From Flectonema sp. DT1601 (Eukaryota): a stretch of 64,000 nt of DNA. Positions 11,976 through 24,472 of this stretch are shown piece after piece. The notes under the pieces are model-generated. The model did not search any database. It saw nothing but the letters and a program-made list of their open reading frames with translations, and had not been told where the DNA came from. A program made the position numbers and the translations under genes. The first letter of the stretch is position 1; each line of letters begins with the position of its first letter. The stretch spans positions 1,674,001 through 1,738,000 of the forward strand of contig OZ025784.1 of assembly GCA_964019425.1 (NCBI GenBank), in the 5' to 3' direction.

Positions 11976-12527
11976 ATGCCATGCAACTGGTGCCGCTACG
12001 GAGTGAACGAAGCCTGTCCGTTTGGACGCGAATGTGAATACATTCACTTGCAGCAATGGCTTTCAGGAAACATGAAGATGCAAAGCATCTTGCAGAGGGA
12101 CAAGTCAACCCTTCAGGGAAACCTAAAGAAAGCCGCAACTGCTGCAAAAAGTTACAACAGAACTGATATTTGTAAAAATATTATTTCAGCTATGAAATAC
12201 GGTGGAATGGAATGTGGACCTCAAGAAGACGAGTGGGAGAACATTATGTCAGTTATTGAATTAGTGTGTGGGATGCTACACTACGACATTGAAGGAATGC
12301 ATCCGTTATTTAAGACAGTCACAGAAGCTTTGATTGAGAACTTATCAGCGTTCATCCCGAGGGGTGTTACAAAAAATAGAAATGCTTCAACAACATCGAG
12401 CAGAGAAAGCGTCGAGTACTCAGACTGTACGATCTCTTTAACTGGATCAGAATCAGAAGTGTGTGATCACACAACACTCGACTCTGAGCCAATTGACGTC
12501 GAATTCATTTCGATGTACTACACGTGA
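11976..12527 (+). CDS. Protein with an N-terminal CCCH-type zinc finger
   Basis: CRYGVNEACPFGRECEYIH, C-x7-C-x5-C-x3-H spacing. ATG 11976 chosen by context; upstream exons are possible. Confidence 0.6.
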   Translation: MPCNWCRYGVNEACPFGRECEYIHLQQWLSGNMKMQSILQRDKSTLQGNLKKAATAAKSYNRTDICKNIISAMKYGGMECGPQEDEWENIMSVIELVCGMLHYDIEGMHPLFKTVTEALIENLSAFIPRGVTKNRNASTTSSRESVEYSDCTISLTGSESEVCDHTTLDSEPIDVEFISMYYT

Positions 12528-13690
12528 TGAGTACTCGCTGCTGTTTAACAACTGTTACACAGGTTGTTGCTCTCAATTTGGAAAAAAACAAAAAAAAAAA
12601 AAACCACAATGAAAAATCCAAAAATCCAAAAAAAAAAAAAAATGTTGTTCGATGATTTTTTCAACAAGATCTGAAAAAAAGTTTTCTCTCAACTGCGAAA
12701 AAGGAAGTCTGCTAAGACTTCAGTATTGTTAGTGTCTGTTGCCTTCATCAATATTTGTCTGAGTTTCTAAAATCTCGGTACAAAACAATGGGTTGCAATG
12801 AATAACCCTATGCTGAAATTCGACGAGAATTGTGTGTTGGCGTAAACCTTTCCTTCACTGTTGCTATTCACAAAATATAAATAAATCAGTAACCTCCGAA
12901 TTAAAATCTTTTTCTTAAAAAAGAGTAGTTATAAACGTCGTTGCTGTAGTTTTTTTCCCCTCACCTTGAGCAACAGATTGTTCCATAGAAAAGTCCAAAA
13001 TCATTCCTAAATTAGTTTTCTGTACAGCCACTGTTTCATAATTTGAGTTTTATTTTATTATTATTATTTAGTTTCTTGTCCGTTAGTTCTTTTTCTGATG
13101 TTCTGTACTTCAGCTACAAAAGAAGTTGAGGTACTCGAAAGATTTACAAAAGTACACGAAAAAAGTTAATTCCTTTTTTTATGTATTTGTTGTACTCGTT
13201 AAGGTTCTCTTCTCTCTTTTCGTTAATGTATTGATCGTCTCCGTTTTTGTACTTCAAGAATACCCATACTGAGCTGATTGCATGGGGTCGCTGTGCTCTT
13301 TTCAGCAGTTAAATACGTTTATGAGTTTTGAAGTCAAAAAAAAAAAAAAAAAAAGATTTTCTTTGAAAGTTTGTCCCTTGAAATTGATTTATACTTACAG
13401 AGATGAAATGTGAGGATTGATCAGATATTTCTGCTTCCTCACCACCGCAATTCTTTCCTAAAACGATTCGGCTTCATACATTCTTTCATTCACCACACCA
13501 TTGCGAACTGTCACAACCATACTGCACCACACATACAACCAGCTACTAGAGCTGGTTGTATGTTATTAGTGGTGGTTTGTTTTTTTTTGCCTGGATTCAG
13601 TTTCTCGGCAAAATCGAAATTTTAACATTTTTTCATTCACGTCAAAGAGTTTTTGAAGGTAATCTTATCTTCTTGTTTTTATTTTCTTAT

Positions 13691-13730
<40 letters not shown>

Positions 13731-15133
13731 TATTTTTATTGTTTGCTAGAATTCTAATTCTACGTTTTTCTAAAAAAGAAAACATATTTTTTTTTAATTT
13801 TTTTTTAAAAATCTATCTCTTCATCAGAGTTCTAATAAAAAAAATAAAATATTAAAAATTTTCATTTCTCCAATTTAAATAAAAAAAATATCACGTAAAG
13901 GTAATGTTTTCTGATATCCACCAGGATCTGACATATCATGTTTAGTAGTACAGACGGGTGTTACCGAAAACAACAGCCCTGCGTTGTTCTCTCTTTTTTT
14001 TATTTTTTTATTATAATTGTTTTGGATGATTTGTTAGTAAAAATTATGATTTCATTAATCTTCAAAAGCATTTGCTTAAAATCCTCTTTTCCTGGTAAAA
14101 GAAGGACGACAAAAAAAAAAAAAAAAGTATAACTTTCATTAAGATACTATTCTCTCTTTTAATCAACATCGTGTGCATTCTTCTTCACTAGTTTCTGGTG
14201 AAGTGGGAGCATGCAATTTTTTCGACATTATTTAACATTGCGTCTTCTCCGTCACTGGGTCAACCAGTGAAATGGAGAGCACGTGTGGACTGTTTACGCG
14301 GTCCTTATTACTACATTGTTTTTCATTTATCTATCAAATTATTTATTTATTTATTAAAATACAAATTATTCTCATGAGTGTTCACTTCTGCATTTGATTT
14401 TGTGTGAGGTACGAACCGAATGTTTTTTTTTGTTGTATACTACTATTTATTGTTATTTGTCCCTCCCTTTTATCTCCAAGTATCCCCAACATTCACAGCG
14501 ATATTAAACGCTATCATTTCAAAAAAAAAAAAAAAAAGTTTGAAATTTCAGCTGACAACTCTCTTCTCAAACGATGTGCGGGAAGCGAATTATACAAGTT
14601 GGTTGGTCTTTCGTTCTAAAAAAAAAAATCCAAACTCCACACAGTTTTTGTTTTTTAAAAACAAGTATCAAAAAAAAAAAAAAAAAAAAAAAAAGATATT
14701 TTAAAAAAGTTATTTTCAAGCGTTATAACTCACGATACGTTTAACAGAAAAATAAAGAAAGAAAAAAAAGAATCATCAAACATGAGAAAGAATTGTGTTC
14801 AAAACACGGCTGCGGCACATCCTTTGTATAACTTAGGATGGCTTTAGTTATTCTGATCTCTTTTCTTGGATTCAACGCATCCCCAGATGCTTGAAAATAT
14901 TTCATCTTTTTATAATTTCGAAGTCTCAAAACTTCGAAAGCTCTCCGCAAGCGCTAGCTTTGCTTGCTTGTCACGACGTTGACTAATATCTTCCTCTCAA
15001 CGTAATGGTCTGTCATGTACCTAGCCGTTACATGCAAACATTAAAAAAAAAAAAAACCAAAAACTGGAAAAAAAAAAAAAAAAACCAAAAAACTGGAAAA
15101 AAAAAAAAAACTCGGCCACAAAGAATTTGCAGA

Positions 15134-15622
15134 CTTGCTGGACCCACGGGTACCAGCAAGGCTCAAGCTGCATGCAAGGACTGTGTCAACCTGCATTATT
15201 CCCACTTCTCTCTCTTCACTGCTTCTCTTATCACTTTAGTTACAAATCTGAAAAACCTGCGTCGGTGGGTTCAAGTTCAGGTGATGTACTTTTGCCATCA
15301 AAGATGAATATAAATATATTGTAGAAACAACTTAGCTGGGCCTACGGGTACCAGCAAGTGTCTCCTTTGAACTTACTAAACAACAGGACTTTTTTCAGCT
15401 CTGAATTTCCTGTGCTAAAGCTTTCGTCTTACTTCTACTTAATCAGCAGTTTCGTGCATTCACTAAGTTACTTAGCAATCTATCGCTCAGCTGGATCTAC
15501 GGGTACCAGCCAGCGAACTGTGAAGTACCTTTTGTGTAATATCATTTCGACTGAGTATTCTGCTAATTAATATTATTTGGTATTTATAACATCCAGTGCG
15601 CTGCGCTCACGGGTAGCAGCGT
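15134..15622 (+). promoter_or_regulatory. Cluster of four conserved RNA stem-loops (GCUGS-RYY-YACG-GGU-A-SCAGC)
   Basis: Copies at 15134-15160, 15330-15359, 15483-15516 and 15598-15622, with compensatory and G-U-preserving substitutions and unrelated spacers. Confidence 0.6.
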
Positions 15623-16238
15623 CATATGTGTGTTGAAATTGAATGGTTATTTGTGATACCGTGTGCTAGTTAGTGAACTGAGTGGATACAATAGTGGTTA
15701 TAGTGTGGACTTACACTGTGTTGTGTTGCTGTTTTCTTTGTCTCCCCTTATCAAAAGATTTTAATATTTTTAACAAAATTAACATTCCACATTCCGTGTA
15801 ATTCACGAAAAAAAAACATTTTTTTTACTTCCTCTCTTATGTCCAATGGAATGATAGCAGCGAAAGGTAGCACTTCCGGCTTTCAATTCCTTTTTTGTTT
15901 TTCATCGTATAGTAAAATATACAACACTAGAGATCGACCTACGATCTACACTTCCATTTGTTGGTTGTCCATTGTGAGGATTTTCCACCTATCTGGATCT
16001 TTTTTTATTTTCCATTTCTACTCGTTCGATTTGGTCGCAAATTACAAATGCTGCCTACCCGCTCTCCTAACTCCTCATCGATACGCTACTATAATAGTTT
16101 TTTTTTTTAAATTTTTTTAATAACAAAATTAGCTTCTCTTTTTATTCACAGAAAACATGCAGAAAGAGTGGCGGTTGATATACAAATTTCAATTTTAATT
16201 TTTTTTTCTATTTGAGATTGTGACATAACATAAGTCAA

Positions 16239-16724
16239 ATGAATAAAGGAAATGACAACCGAGTCGATCCATTGGAGAGACTCATCCGTTTCTACGATGC
16301 CGAAGGTGACCGTCAGGGTGATGAGAGCCCTCGGTCAACATTTCACGAAGTGTCAAAAGCCAAGTCAACAGCACCAAAACTACCCAAAGTTGTAATAGAC
16401 AGTGATGAGTACAGCAGCACACTTATGATGTTGAGGAGTACTAAAGAAGGAGTTCAACAATTTGGGAAGCAGTACTCAGCAATAAATACAATCTTATCAC
16501 TTCCTGCATCTGCTGATCTAAAGAGAGCTGTCGCAATGATGTACGCATCTCCGAAGACAGCAGAAGACATCTCTCGTAGTGAATGGAAACGACGAGAAGA
16601 TGAATATAATGAAGAAAAGGAATCCGTCTTACGACAGCAGTCAGAGCAGCTTGGACGAGACAGACAGCTTGTTGTGAAAGAACTCGAAAGTTTAAAGGAA
16701 GAAACTGGTTGCCTTGACTCGTAG
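16239..16724 (+). CDS. Hypothetical protein with C-terminal coiled coil
   Basis: 161-aa ATG ORF with coding-like composition, on the same strand as its neighbours; no recognised domain. Confidence 0.55.
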   Translation: MNKGNDNRVDPLERLIRFYDAEGDRQGDESPRSTFHEVSKAKSTAPKLPKVVIDSDEYSSTLMMLRSTKEGVQQFGKQYSAINTILSLPASADLKRAVAMMYASPKTAEDISRSEWKRREDEYNEEKESVLRQQSEQLGRDRQLVVKELESLKEETGCLDS

Positions 16725-16958
16725 TAAAGTCGTTGCCTTCTGGTGCGACAGTTTTTGTAATATAAATTATATTCAATCCGCAGACAACCTTTTACTGTAA
16801 TATACTCTCAATAGACTTTTGTACTTATTCATCGTATCCTTCCATGTTTAACACAGATACAACATGTGGAATCCAATGTAAGTATTTCTATTCTTTTTGA
16901 TAAAGTTGTTTTATATTTATTACCCAACCCAACCAGGTAATGTTTCTCTAGTCAGCAA

Positions 16959-19900
16959 ATGTTAAGAGTACCGGAAGTGATTGTGTTGTTGTTTGTCTTG
17001 ATTGTTGTGGTTCATGGAGCTCCGTGTAGTACTTATGTGTGTCCAAAAAATTATAGTCCGAACCCAGCCACTGGATTAACTTGTCCTACGAATGACCCAA
17101 ACAATGCAGCAGTTTGTTTAGAATATGATATCAATAACAAGTATGCTTGTTGTCTTGCTAATATATGTGGCCCTGACAAATCAAAGTACCCTGGTTATAA
17201 GTTTAGTTCTTCTACTTGTGATACGGAACCTAAATGTTGGCCATTCCAATGTCAATCACAATACTCTGGAACTCCTTATGTGCAGTGTGATAGGGGAAAT
17301 CCTTTATTCAAAACTAGCGGATGTTTCGCAACATGTCAAACGTACAGTTGTGGAAGTGGGTACATTGATATCACATCAACTGGGTCAGTTAGATGTAGTG
17401 GTGACGCTTCTACTTGTACTTCTGACCTTTGTTGTAATGCTGTCTCTTGTCCGGTAAAGAGTTCACCACCTGGTAGTTGTAAATGTTATAAGGGATTCGC
17501 TGGTACACCAAATTGGGATAGCACTGCTTCGAAATGGACTCACAGCTGTACTGTTGTTGCATGTCCTTCGAAAAGTTCACCACCTGGTAGCTGTAAATGT
17601 AAAAAGGGATTCGTCGGAACACCAAGTTGGGACTCGTTAGCCGCAAAATGGACTCACAGTTGCACTCCTGCCACATGTCCACCTAAAAGTTATGCTCCAG
17701 GTGTATGTTTGTGTCGGATTGGATATCGGGGGACTCCTAATTGGGACAGCAGCAGTCAGTCGTGGAAACACAGTTGTGCTGAAGCTGATTGTCCACAGTA
17801 TAGTTCCCCACCAGGCAGCTGTAAGTGCGAGACTGGTTACAAAGGTACACCCACTTGGGACAGTACCGGTCAGTATTGGAGACACAGCTGTTCTGCAGTT
17901 GCTTGTCCAGCGAACTGTTACTCACCAGGTAACTGTAAGTGTAAGGATGGCTATAAGGGTATTCCAAGTTGGGACGGAAACACCCAATTGTGGGCTCACA
18001 ATTGCAGTGCTGTTTCTTGTCCAAACAAAAGTTCACCACCCGGAACATGTAATTGTGAAACAGGTTATAAAGGTTTTCCAGCTTGGGACAGCACCTACGA
18101 ATTATGGACTCACAAATGTAGCTCTGTATTGTGTCCACCGAAAAGTCTTTTACCCGGTATCTGCAACTGTATACAGGGATATTCAGGTGATGCTACTTGG
18201 GACAGTAGTAGTCAGATTTGGACTCACAGCTGTAGTATTGCTTCGTGTCCATTAAATAGTTTGTTACCTGATTGTAATTGTAACAAGGGTTTCTCAGGAA
18301 CACCATTCTGGGATTCTGTAACTCATTTGTGGGCTCACAAGTGTGTTCAAGTCTCCTGTCCAAGTGGCAGTTCACCACCCAACTGTTTATGTAATAATGG
18401 GCACACTGGAACTTCTAATTGGGATAGCGTTCAACAGAAGTGGACTCACAGTTGTACTGCAGTGTCATGTCCTCTTAACAGTAATTCATCTAATTCGTGT
18501 ATCTGTGATGTTGGATATATTGGTTCTCCAAACTGGGAAGCAGCAATCGGGTCATGGACTCACAGTTGTACTTTAACTACTTGTCCATCACACAGTTCAT
18601 CACCAGGGATATGTACCTGCGATGAGGGATACTCTGGTAATCCTAATTGGGATATTAGTCAACAGTCGTGGTCTCACACTTGTAAGGCAGCTGCTTGTCC
18701 ATCGAACAGCTCACCGCGTGTCAAGTGTGTTTGCGACGACGGTTTCTCAGGCACACCCGAATGGGACAAAACACGACAATTGTGGAGTCATAACTGTACT
18801 GCTGCTTCTTGTCCTTTACACAGTTCAACACCTGGAATCTGTACTTGTAATTCCGGATTCAAAGGTACTCCTAACTGGGATAGTTCCCACCGAGTGTGGA
18901 CTCACAACTGTGCGTCTTCCTCTTCCTCTTCCTCGTGTCCATCGAAAAGTTCCTTACCGAGTTGTAAATGTGATGTTGGGTACTCAGGTACTCCAAACTG
19001 GGATAGCAGCGCTCTGTTGTGGACTCACACTTGTAAGTCTGTCTCATGTCCATTGAAAAGCTCATCAACGGGTACTTGTAAATGTGATAAGGGTTACGTT
19101 GGTACTCCGAATTGGAATGATGTTACCCAGCTGTGGACTCACAAGTGTACTGCAGTTTCGTGTCCTCCGAGCAGCTCATTACCTGGTGTTTGTAATTGTG
19201 ATAATGGGTTTACTGGGACTCCTAATTGGGATTACAGTATCAAAGAATGGAATCACAGATGTGTACCTTCTACGGCAACAAGTACTACTCTGACATTAAC
19301 AGTGAGTGAGAGAGATGCTTCTTCAGAGACGCAAGTGACAGACGCAACAGGTGGCGGGGTGATAAAATCAGACACAGCAACACTCACAGGAGAGGAGGTG
19401 TTGGGATCTGAGGTCACAAGAGCTCCACCACTGACACCTCTGAAACCTTTCAATCCGGGAGACCTCGCAATATATACCTTAGAACCTCATCATGAATCCC
19501 TTTATGATCCTATATTCGGAGGGTTGCCAACAACCAGCGACAACAAGTTTCGCAACTACGAACATTTTCTATCGTCTACACTGGCAGTGTCTTGTGGTAA
19601 AACAGGTTTATCTACTAAATGTCTTAGTAATGGATATTTAAGAACTGCAGTGGCCCCCAGTTGCACAGCTACTTCTGTGATTGATGACTCTTTGTTGGGT
19701 GAAATCAAATCACTGCTATTGATTACATGGGTGTCTTCGTGTATTAATCAAATTAACAAACCTGGAATTCCATTCTTTGCTGCGTGGTATCCAAAACCTG
19801 ATAAGGTTGTGTCTGTTACTTGGGAAGGCGATACTTCTTATGTTGTTGTGCAATCAACTTCTGCGTATTCGAGTTCTGGTCAGTATGCTGAACAAGTTTA

Positions 19901-20996
19901 TAGAAAAGCAATCGCAAATCTAGCAAACAATGCTTACTTTGAGTGTTTTGTGGAAGAATCTGTTTCTGCAACTCCGTCGGGATCACCGACAGGATGTCGA
20001 CTTCAACTTCAACTGTCGGATGACCCGATAAACCTTTCTGTTCATAACTTATCACTCGAGTTAGGTATTCCGCATTCACATGTTACTCATTGGCTTTCTG
20101 TAAGGTCATCTAATTCGTTGTCTTTTTACGTCAGAAGCCCTTTTGGTGCAGTTAGCAGCAGTTCTTTGTGTGACTCAACAAAATCAAAATTATCAAAACT
20201 AAGTAGTGTGACCAAGATTATGACTGCAGAAGTGTTGAAGGAAGAACTTGAGTGGCACAAGGTAGTATTTTATTCAAAAGAAACAATTGACAATAATAAG
20301 TTAAGTAATATCCTCGCTGTATCGAATGATGAGGTTTCTTCTGTAGTTGTTACTGACGCGAAGGCAGCGTGTGCACCAATTAAGATTTCGTTTTATTACC
20401 AAACTATGCGGCACTCCTTAAGTTTTGTATTACAACAGTTGCAGGTGTCTTCTTGTGATATCAGTACAGAGCCTGTTGGAGAGCGACTATTTTTTAAAGG
20501 AAAGTCGATGATGTCTAATTTCAAATCACCCAATAAAGAGATCATCGTATCACATCTTCAGATATCATCTGAGAATCTGAATTACTTTGATAACGGAGAG
20601 TTCTCTGCGTATGTCAGATTACCTGCTGCTAGTCAGCAGTCAGCTGAACAGTTTGTTTCTGATGTACGAGACAAGTTAAAGAAGATACCAGATATTGTTA
20701 CACATGCTGTTGGGAGTGCACCCCTTTCGAATGTTGAGAAAACTCTTATTGTTGCCTGTGAGATCATCGGAAATGAAAGCAACACTTGCCCGCCGTCGTT
20801 TGATCCGATCTCAGTCCGTTCGTCATCGAAGGATTCCTGGTTAGTTCCAGTAATTATTATTACAGCTGGTGTTGTGGTGCTTGCTTCTGTATTCGCTTTT
20901 TTGTATCTTCGGAATCTACCAACTGCAGCACCGAGTAACTCGTCGTTTGACTCCCTCGAGAGTCACGGCAACCCTCTTGTTGATATTACGAAATGA
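16959..20996 (+). CDS. Type I membrane surface protein with 16 tandem Cys/Trp-rich repeats
   Basis: Signal peptide, Cys-rich N-terminus, repeats CPxxSxxPGxCxCxxG(Y/F)xGTPxWDxxxxxWxHxC, Ser/Thr stalk, TM segment WLVPVIIITAGVVVLASVFAFLYL, short tail. Confidence 0.9.
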   Translation: MLRVPEVIVLLFVLIVVVHGAPCSTYVCPKNYSPNPATGLTCPTNDPNNAAVCLEYDINNKYACCLANICGPDKSKYPGYKFSSSTCDTEPKCWPFQCQSQYSGTPYVQCDRGNPLFKTSGCFATCQTYSCGSGYIDITSTGSVRCSGDASTCTSDLCCNAVSCPVKSSPPGSCKCYKGFAGTPNWDSTASKWTHSCTVVACPSKSSPPGSCKCKKGFVGTPSWDSLAAKWTHSCTPATCPPKSYAPGVCLCRIGYRGTPNWDSSSQSWKHSCAEADCPQYSSPPGSCKCETGYKGTPTWDSTGQYWRHSCSAVACPANCYSPGNCKCKDGYKGIPSWDGNTQLWAHNCSAVSCPNKSSPPGTCNCETGYKGFPAWDSTYELWTHKCSSVLCPPKSLLPGICNCIQGYSGDATWDSSSQIWTHSCSIASCPLNSLLPDCNCNKGFSGTPFWDSVTHLWAHKCVQVSCPSGSSPPNCLCNNGHTGTSNWDSVQQKWTHSCTAVSCPLNSNSSNSCICDVGYIGSPNWEAAIGSWTHSCTLTTCPSHSSSPGICTCDEGYSGNPNWDISQQSWSHTCKAAACPSNSSPRVKCVCDDGFSGTPEWDKTRQLWSHNCTAASCPLHSSTPGICTCNSGFKGTPNWDSSHRVWTHNCASSSSSSSCPSKSSLPSCKCDVGYSGTPNWDSSALLWTHTCKSVSCPLKSSSTGTCKCDKGYVGTPNWNDVTQLWTHKCTAVSCPPSSSLPGVCNCDNGFTGTPNWDYSIKEWNHRCVPSTATSTTLTLTVSERDASSETQVTDATGGGVIKSDTATLTGEEVLGSEVTRAPPLTPLKPFNPGDLAIYTLEPHHESLYDPIFGGLPTTSDNKFRNYEHFLSSTLAVSCGKTGLSTKCLSNGYLRTAVAPSCTATSVIDDSLLGEIKSLLLITWVSSCINQINKPGIPFFAAWYPKPDKVVSVTWEGDTSYVVVQSTSAYSSSGQYAEQVYRKAIANLANNAYFECFVEESVSATPSGSPTGCRLQLQLSDDPINLSVHNLSLELGIPHSHVTHWLSVRSSNSLSFYVRSPFGAVSSSSLCDSTKSKLSKLSSVTKIMTAEVLKEELEWHKVVFYSKETIDNNKLSNILAVSNDEVSSVVVTDAKAACAPIKISFYYQTMRHSLSFVLQQLQVSSCDISTEPVGERLFFKGKSMMSNFKSPNKEIIVSHLQISSENLNYFDNGEFSAYVRLPAASQQSAEQFVSDVRDKLKKIPDIVTHAVGSAPLSNVEKTLIVACEIIGNESNTCPPSFDPISVRSSSKDSWLVPVIIITAGVVVLASVFAFLYLRNLPTAAPSNSSFDSLESHGNPLVDITK
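17448..19262 (+). repeat. Coding tandem repeat, 16 units of about 111-114 bp
   Basis: Counted from the translation; four Cys and two Trp are conserved per unit. Confidence 0.9.
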
Positions 20997-22568
20997 TAAG
21001 TAGTCGTTACCTGTGCGAATTACAAAGTCTTTAGGGCAGTCACTATCACCTGACTGAAATAATTCTAAAAACAAGTGATCCTCGACTGTGTGAAGTTAAA
21101 CCTCTTCGCTGAGGTTACTTCAAAGACGGCGACCATTACTTTTAAAGTTGGTCTCTAATTCCCAGCAGATGTTGCTGTTGGTGACTACGGAAGGACAATA
21201 CGATAACTCAGTTTTGATTTTATTTCTTCGTTCTGTTAATTAGTCTCCGTTTTCTTCGATTGGGTACTGAAGTCGTTGATTTTATAATTATCATAAGTGT
21301 GAGAGCATTAATTAGAATGGGTAGCTGACAGTTCCTTTTCTAAGTTGTAATAAGTCTTCACCTAAACCAAACATTAATCTTCCGTAAGGAGATTGTCACT
21401 CACTTGACGATTTCCGGTTAGAAGATGGCTTTCAGTGAACAATTGAACATTAATAAATTTATTTTCGATATATTTTCCCTTTGTGCGTCCACATCATATG
21501 CACACCTTACTTGTTCTTTCCCAATTATTGAGTTGAATAAAAAACAACACTCGTTTTTAGTAAGGTTTCCTTTTTATTTTATTTTTGTGAAAAAACAAAA
21601 AATAATTATCAGCCAGAGTGGTACTTCTGATGACCCTCACCGGGATTGACATTCTTGTACTTTCAACTAGGATAGTGACGAAACACTACCACATAAGAAA
21701 CAAGTGTTGGATTGCTGCTTTTATCGACATCTTTCCCTCCGCCTTCCGGTCTCTCGTAGATGTAGATCACGTCGCTGGCAATGTGAGATTCCAGCAAACT
21801 TTGCAAAACGAGTATTTTTTGCATCTCTTGTTTGTTTTCCTTTAAGCTGCTGCTGTGAACGAAATCGTCGCACTTGTTGGGACGACTTTCTGATATCAAG
21901 TTGTGGTTTGTGAATAGTTTTGTGTGTCAATTATTGAGTACTGTGGTATGCACGCGAACCCCAATCTGAAACAACACGAAAAAGAAAACGTTTTTTTGAT
22001 AAACGAAAGTTAAAATCAAATTAGCAGCAGACATCATAACAATATATAAAATAAATTAAAAAGGCTGCTGGTTTGCAACTCAAAATCCAGTCAACCTCCA
22101 CGTCGTTAACGTCTTTTATTTGTTCTATCGCGAGGTGAACCTTCGCAAGAGTCAACAGATCGCTTTCTGGATACCCATTCGGAAAGTCACCCCCCCGTCT
22201 TTGTTACCTTCCTTTAAGTTAAGTCTTTTTTGATCCCCTTTTGTGATCTTCCGCACTAACAATTATCGGGACTTGCTCGCACTTCCCGAAGTTTAATTAT
22301 GCGGCTGTCTTTGTCTTGAATTGAAAAAAAAAAAAAAAAAAAAAAACGAACTAATATACACAATCACTTGGAACAAACGTCTTGGCGTTGAACAAAAACA
22401 CTTTTTTTATATTTCGAAGAGTTGGATTACATTTGTTTTAACAGAAATACATCAATCGAGTGGGGGAGTCCAACGTGATCTGATCGGTCATTTGGTTAAT
22501 TAATTACAACAAAGAATGTTGTGTAAATTAGTATTGTTGTCTTCACAGTTAACTTACGAATCCAAAAA

Positions 22569-23714
22569 ATGTCTGAAACCGCTGGAAAACCAATTACGTG
22601 CAAGGCCGCAGTTGCCTTCGCAGCTAAGGAGCCATTAAAGGTTATTAACATCAATGTCGCACCTCCAAAGGCTGGAGAAGTTCGTGTGAAGGTTATTGCC
22701 AACGCTCTTTGTCACACTGACATCTACACTTTGTCTGGTCAGGATCCTGAGGGATTGTTTCCATCTATTTTAGGACACGAGGCTGGTGCTGTTGTTGAGT
22801 CTGTTGGTGAGGGAGTTACTTCAGTAGCTGTTGGTGATCATGTTGTCCCATGTTACACTCCACAATGTAACAAACCAGATTGTATCTTCTGTATGTCTCC
22901 AAAGAGTAACTTATGTCAGTGTATTCGTGCTACACAAGGAAAGGGTGTCATGCCTGATGGAACTTCTCGTTTCACCGACATGGACGGAAAGACAATTTAC
23001 CACTTCATGGGTTGCAGTACCTTTTCTGAGTACACTGTTTTGGCTGAAGTTTCCTGTGCGAAGGTTAACAAGGAGATTGCAATGGAAAAGGCTTGTCTAT
23101 TTGGTTGTGGAGTGTCAACTGGACTCGGTGCCGTGTGGAACACTACCAAAGTTGAACCAAACTCTTCAGTTGGTGTTTGGGGATTAGGAGCAGTAGGACT
23201 TGCTGTTGTTCAGGCCGCTAAGGCTTCAGGAGCGTCAAGAATCTTTGTAATTGATATGAATGAGAAGAAGTTTGAAATGGCAAAGAAACTCGGAGCGACT
23301 GACTGCCTAAACCCAAAGAACTTTGACAAACCAATGAATGAAGTAATCGTTGGAATGACTACCTGGGGTCTTGACTACACTTATGACTGTACTGGTAACG
23401 TTGATGTTATGAGAACTGCTCTGGAGACAGCACACAAGGGATGGGGTACTTCATGTGTGATTGGTGTTGCAGGTGCTGGAAAAACTATTGAAACTCGTCC
23501 ATTCCAATTGGTGACGGGACGTCGCTGGTGTGGAACTGCCTTCGGAGGATGGAAGTCTCGTACTCACGTTCCAATGTTGGTTGAGAAGAACTTGAGAGGT
23601 GACCTACCAGTTGATCACTTCATCACTCATCGCTTTAATGGAGTTGACAAAATCAACGATGCTATTGACGCCCTTCACGGAGGTGATTGTCTCCGTGCTG
23701 TTGTTAATTACTAA
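22569..23714 (+). CDS. ADH5: Class III alcohol dehydrogenase / S-(hydroxymethyl)glutathione dehydrogenase
   Basis: [58 protein letters not shown]: class III-specific motifs. Confidence 0.95.
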   Translation: MSETAGKPITCKAAVAFAAKEPLKVININVAPPKAGEVRVKVIANALCHTDIYTLSGQDPEGLFPSILGHEAGAVVESVGEGVTSVAVGDHVVPCYTPQCNKPDCIFCMSPKSNLCQCIRATQGKGVMPDGTSRFTDMDGKTIYHFMGCSTFSEYTVLAEVSCAKVNKEIAMEKACLFGCGVSTGLGAVWNTTKVEPNSSVGVWGLGAVGLAVVQAAKASGASRIFVIDMNEKKFEMAKKLGATDCLNPKNFDKPMNEVIVGMTTWGLDYTYDCTGNVDVMRTALETAHKGWGTSCVIGVAGAGKTIETRPFQLVTGRRWCGTAFGGWKSRTHVPMLVEKNLRGDLPVDHFITHRFNGVDKINDAIDALHGGDCLRAVVNY

Positions 23715-24472
23715 GATTAATTAACAACCTCCCTGCCATTGCTATTTTCGTAGACTCTGTAATCTGTGTGAAGATGATTGCGTTCTCACTTAGATGAAGC
23801 TTTTGTCAGTTACGTCTTACCTGAATTAAATTATGAAAAAAAAAGGAAAAAGTGAAGATATTTCGTAATAATTATATTCTTAACAATTAGAGATGACTCA
23901 CATCTCTAAAGTGTTTGTTGTATTTGTGAGTGCAACACTCAAATCATTTATTCTATCTCGTAGTCTACCCAACTCAACTCTGACCTGTCACTGTACGGTT
24001 TTAGCAGAGTTGTGTAGTCTTCGAGTTTACGGACACAAAAAAAAAAAGAAAAAAAAGAAAAAAAGAGGGAAGAAAAAATAAAAGAAAGAAAAAAAAAAAC
24101 GGATGCCGTATAAAATTTCTACTCGCGTTGAAAATACACAAAAAAAAAAAAAAAAAAAAAAAAGGTTCGACTTCCTTAAGTTAACCCACTTAATACAAAT
24201 AGAAGAGCAAGTTAAAAAAAATAAAAAGTTCGACAAAGTTACGAAGGCAACGAAAATGCGTAAAGTTTAATAAAAAAACAACAGCATGACGTACAGCCAA
24301 GATAGTATTTTATGGGGAAAGAGATCTTTAAATTTGCATAAGTTTGGTTCTGGAAATTTAAAATAGAAATAATTATTTTTACAGGTGGTGAAGTTTGTTG
24401 GTTTGGTTGTCTTTTGTCAATAATTATCTTCTTGTTCTCATTCTTTTTTATCAAAAGTTGAACCTCCAGAAA

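Noticed and set aside
15134..15622. Hairpin cluster as a CRISPR array, or a miR-99/100-like sequence (ACCCGTAGATCC on the minus strand)
   Set aside because: Spacers are long and irregular. The miRNA-like match is 12 nt in one copy only, and G-U pairing favours the + strand.
10274..16120. Many 60-110 aa ORFs rich in F or K in intergenic DNA
   Set aside because: They arise from poly(A)/poly(T) tracts and show no domain signal; the CCCH gene is the exception.
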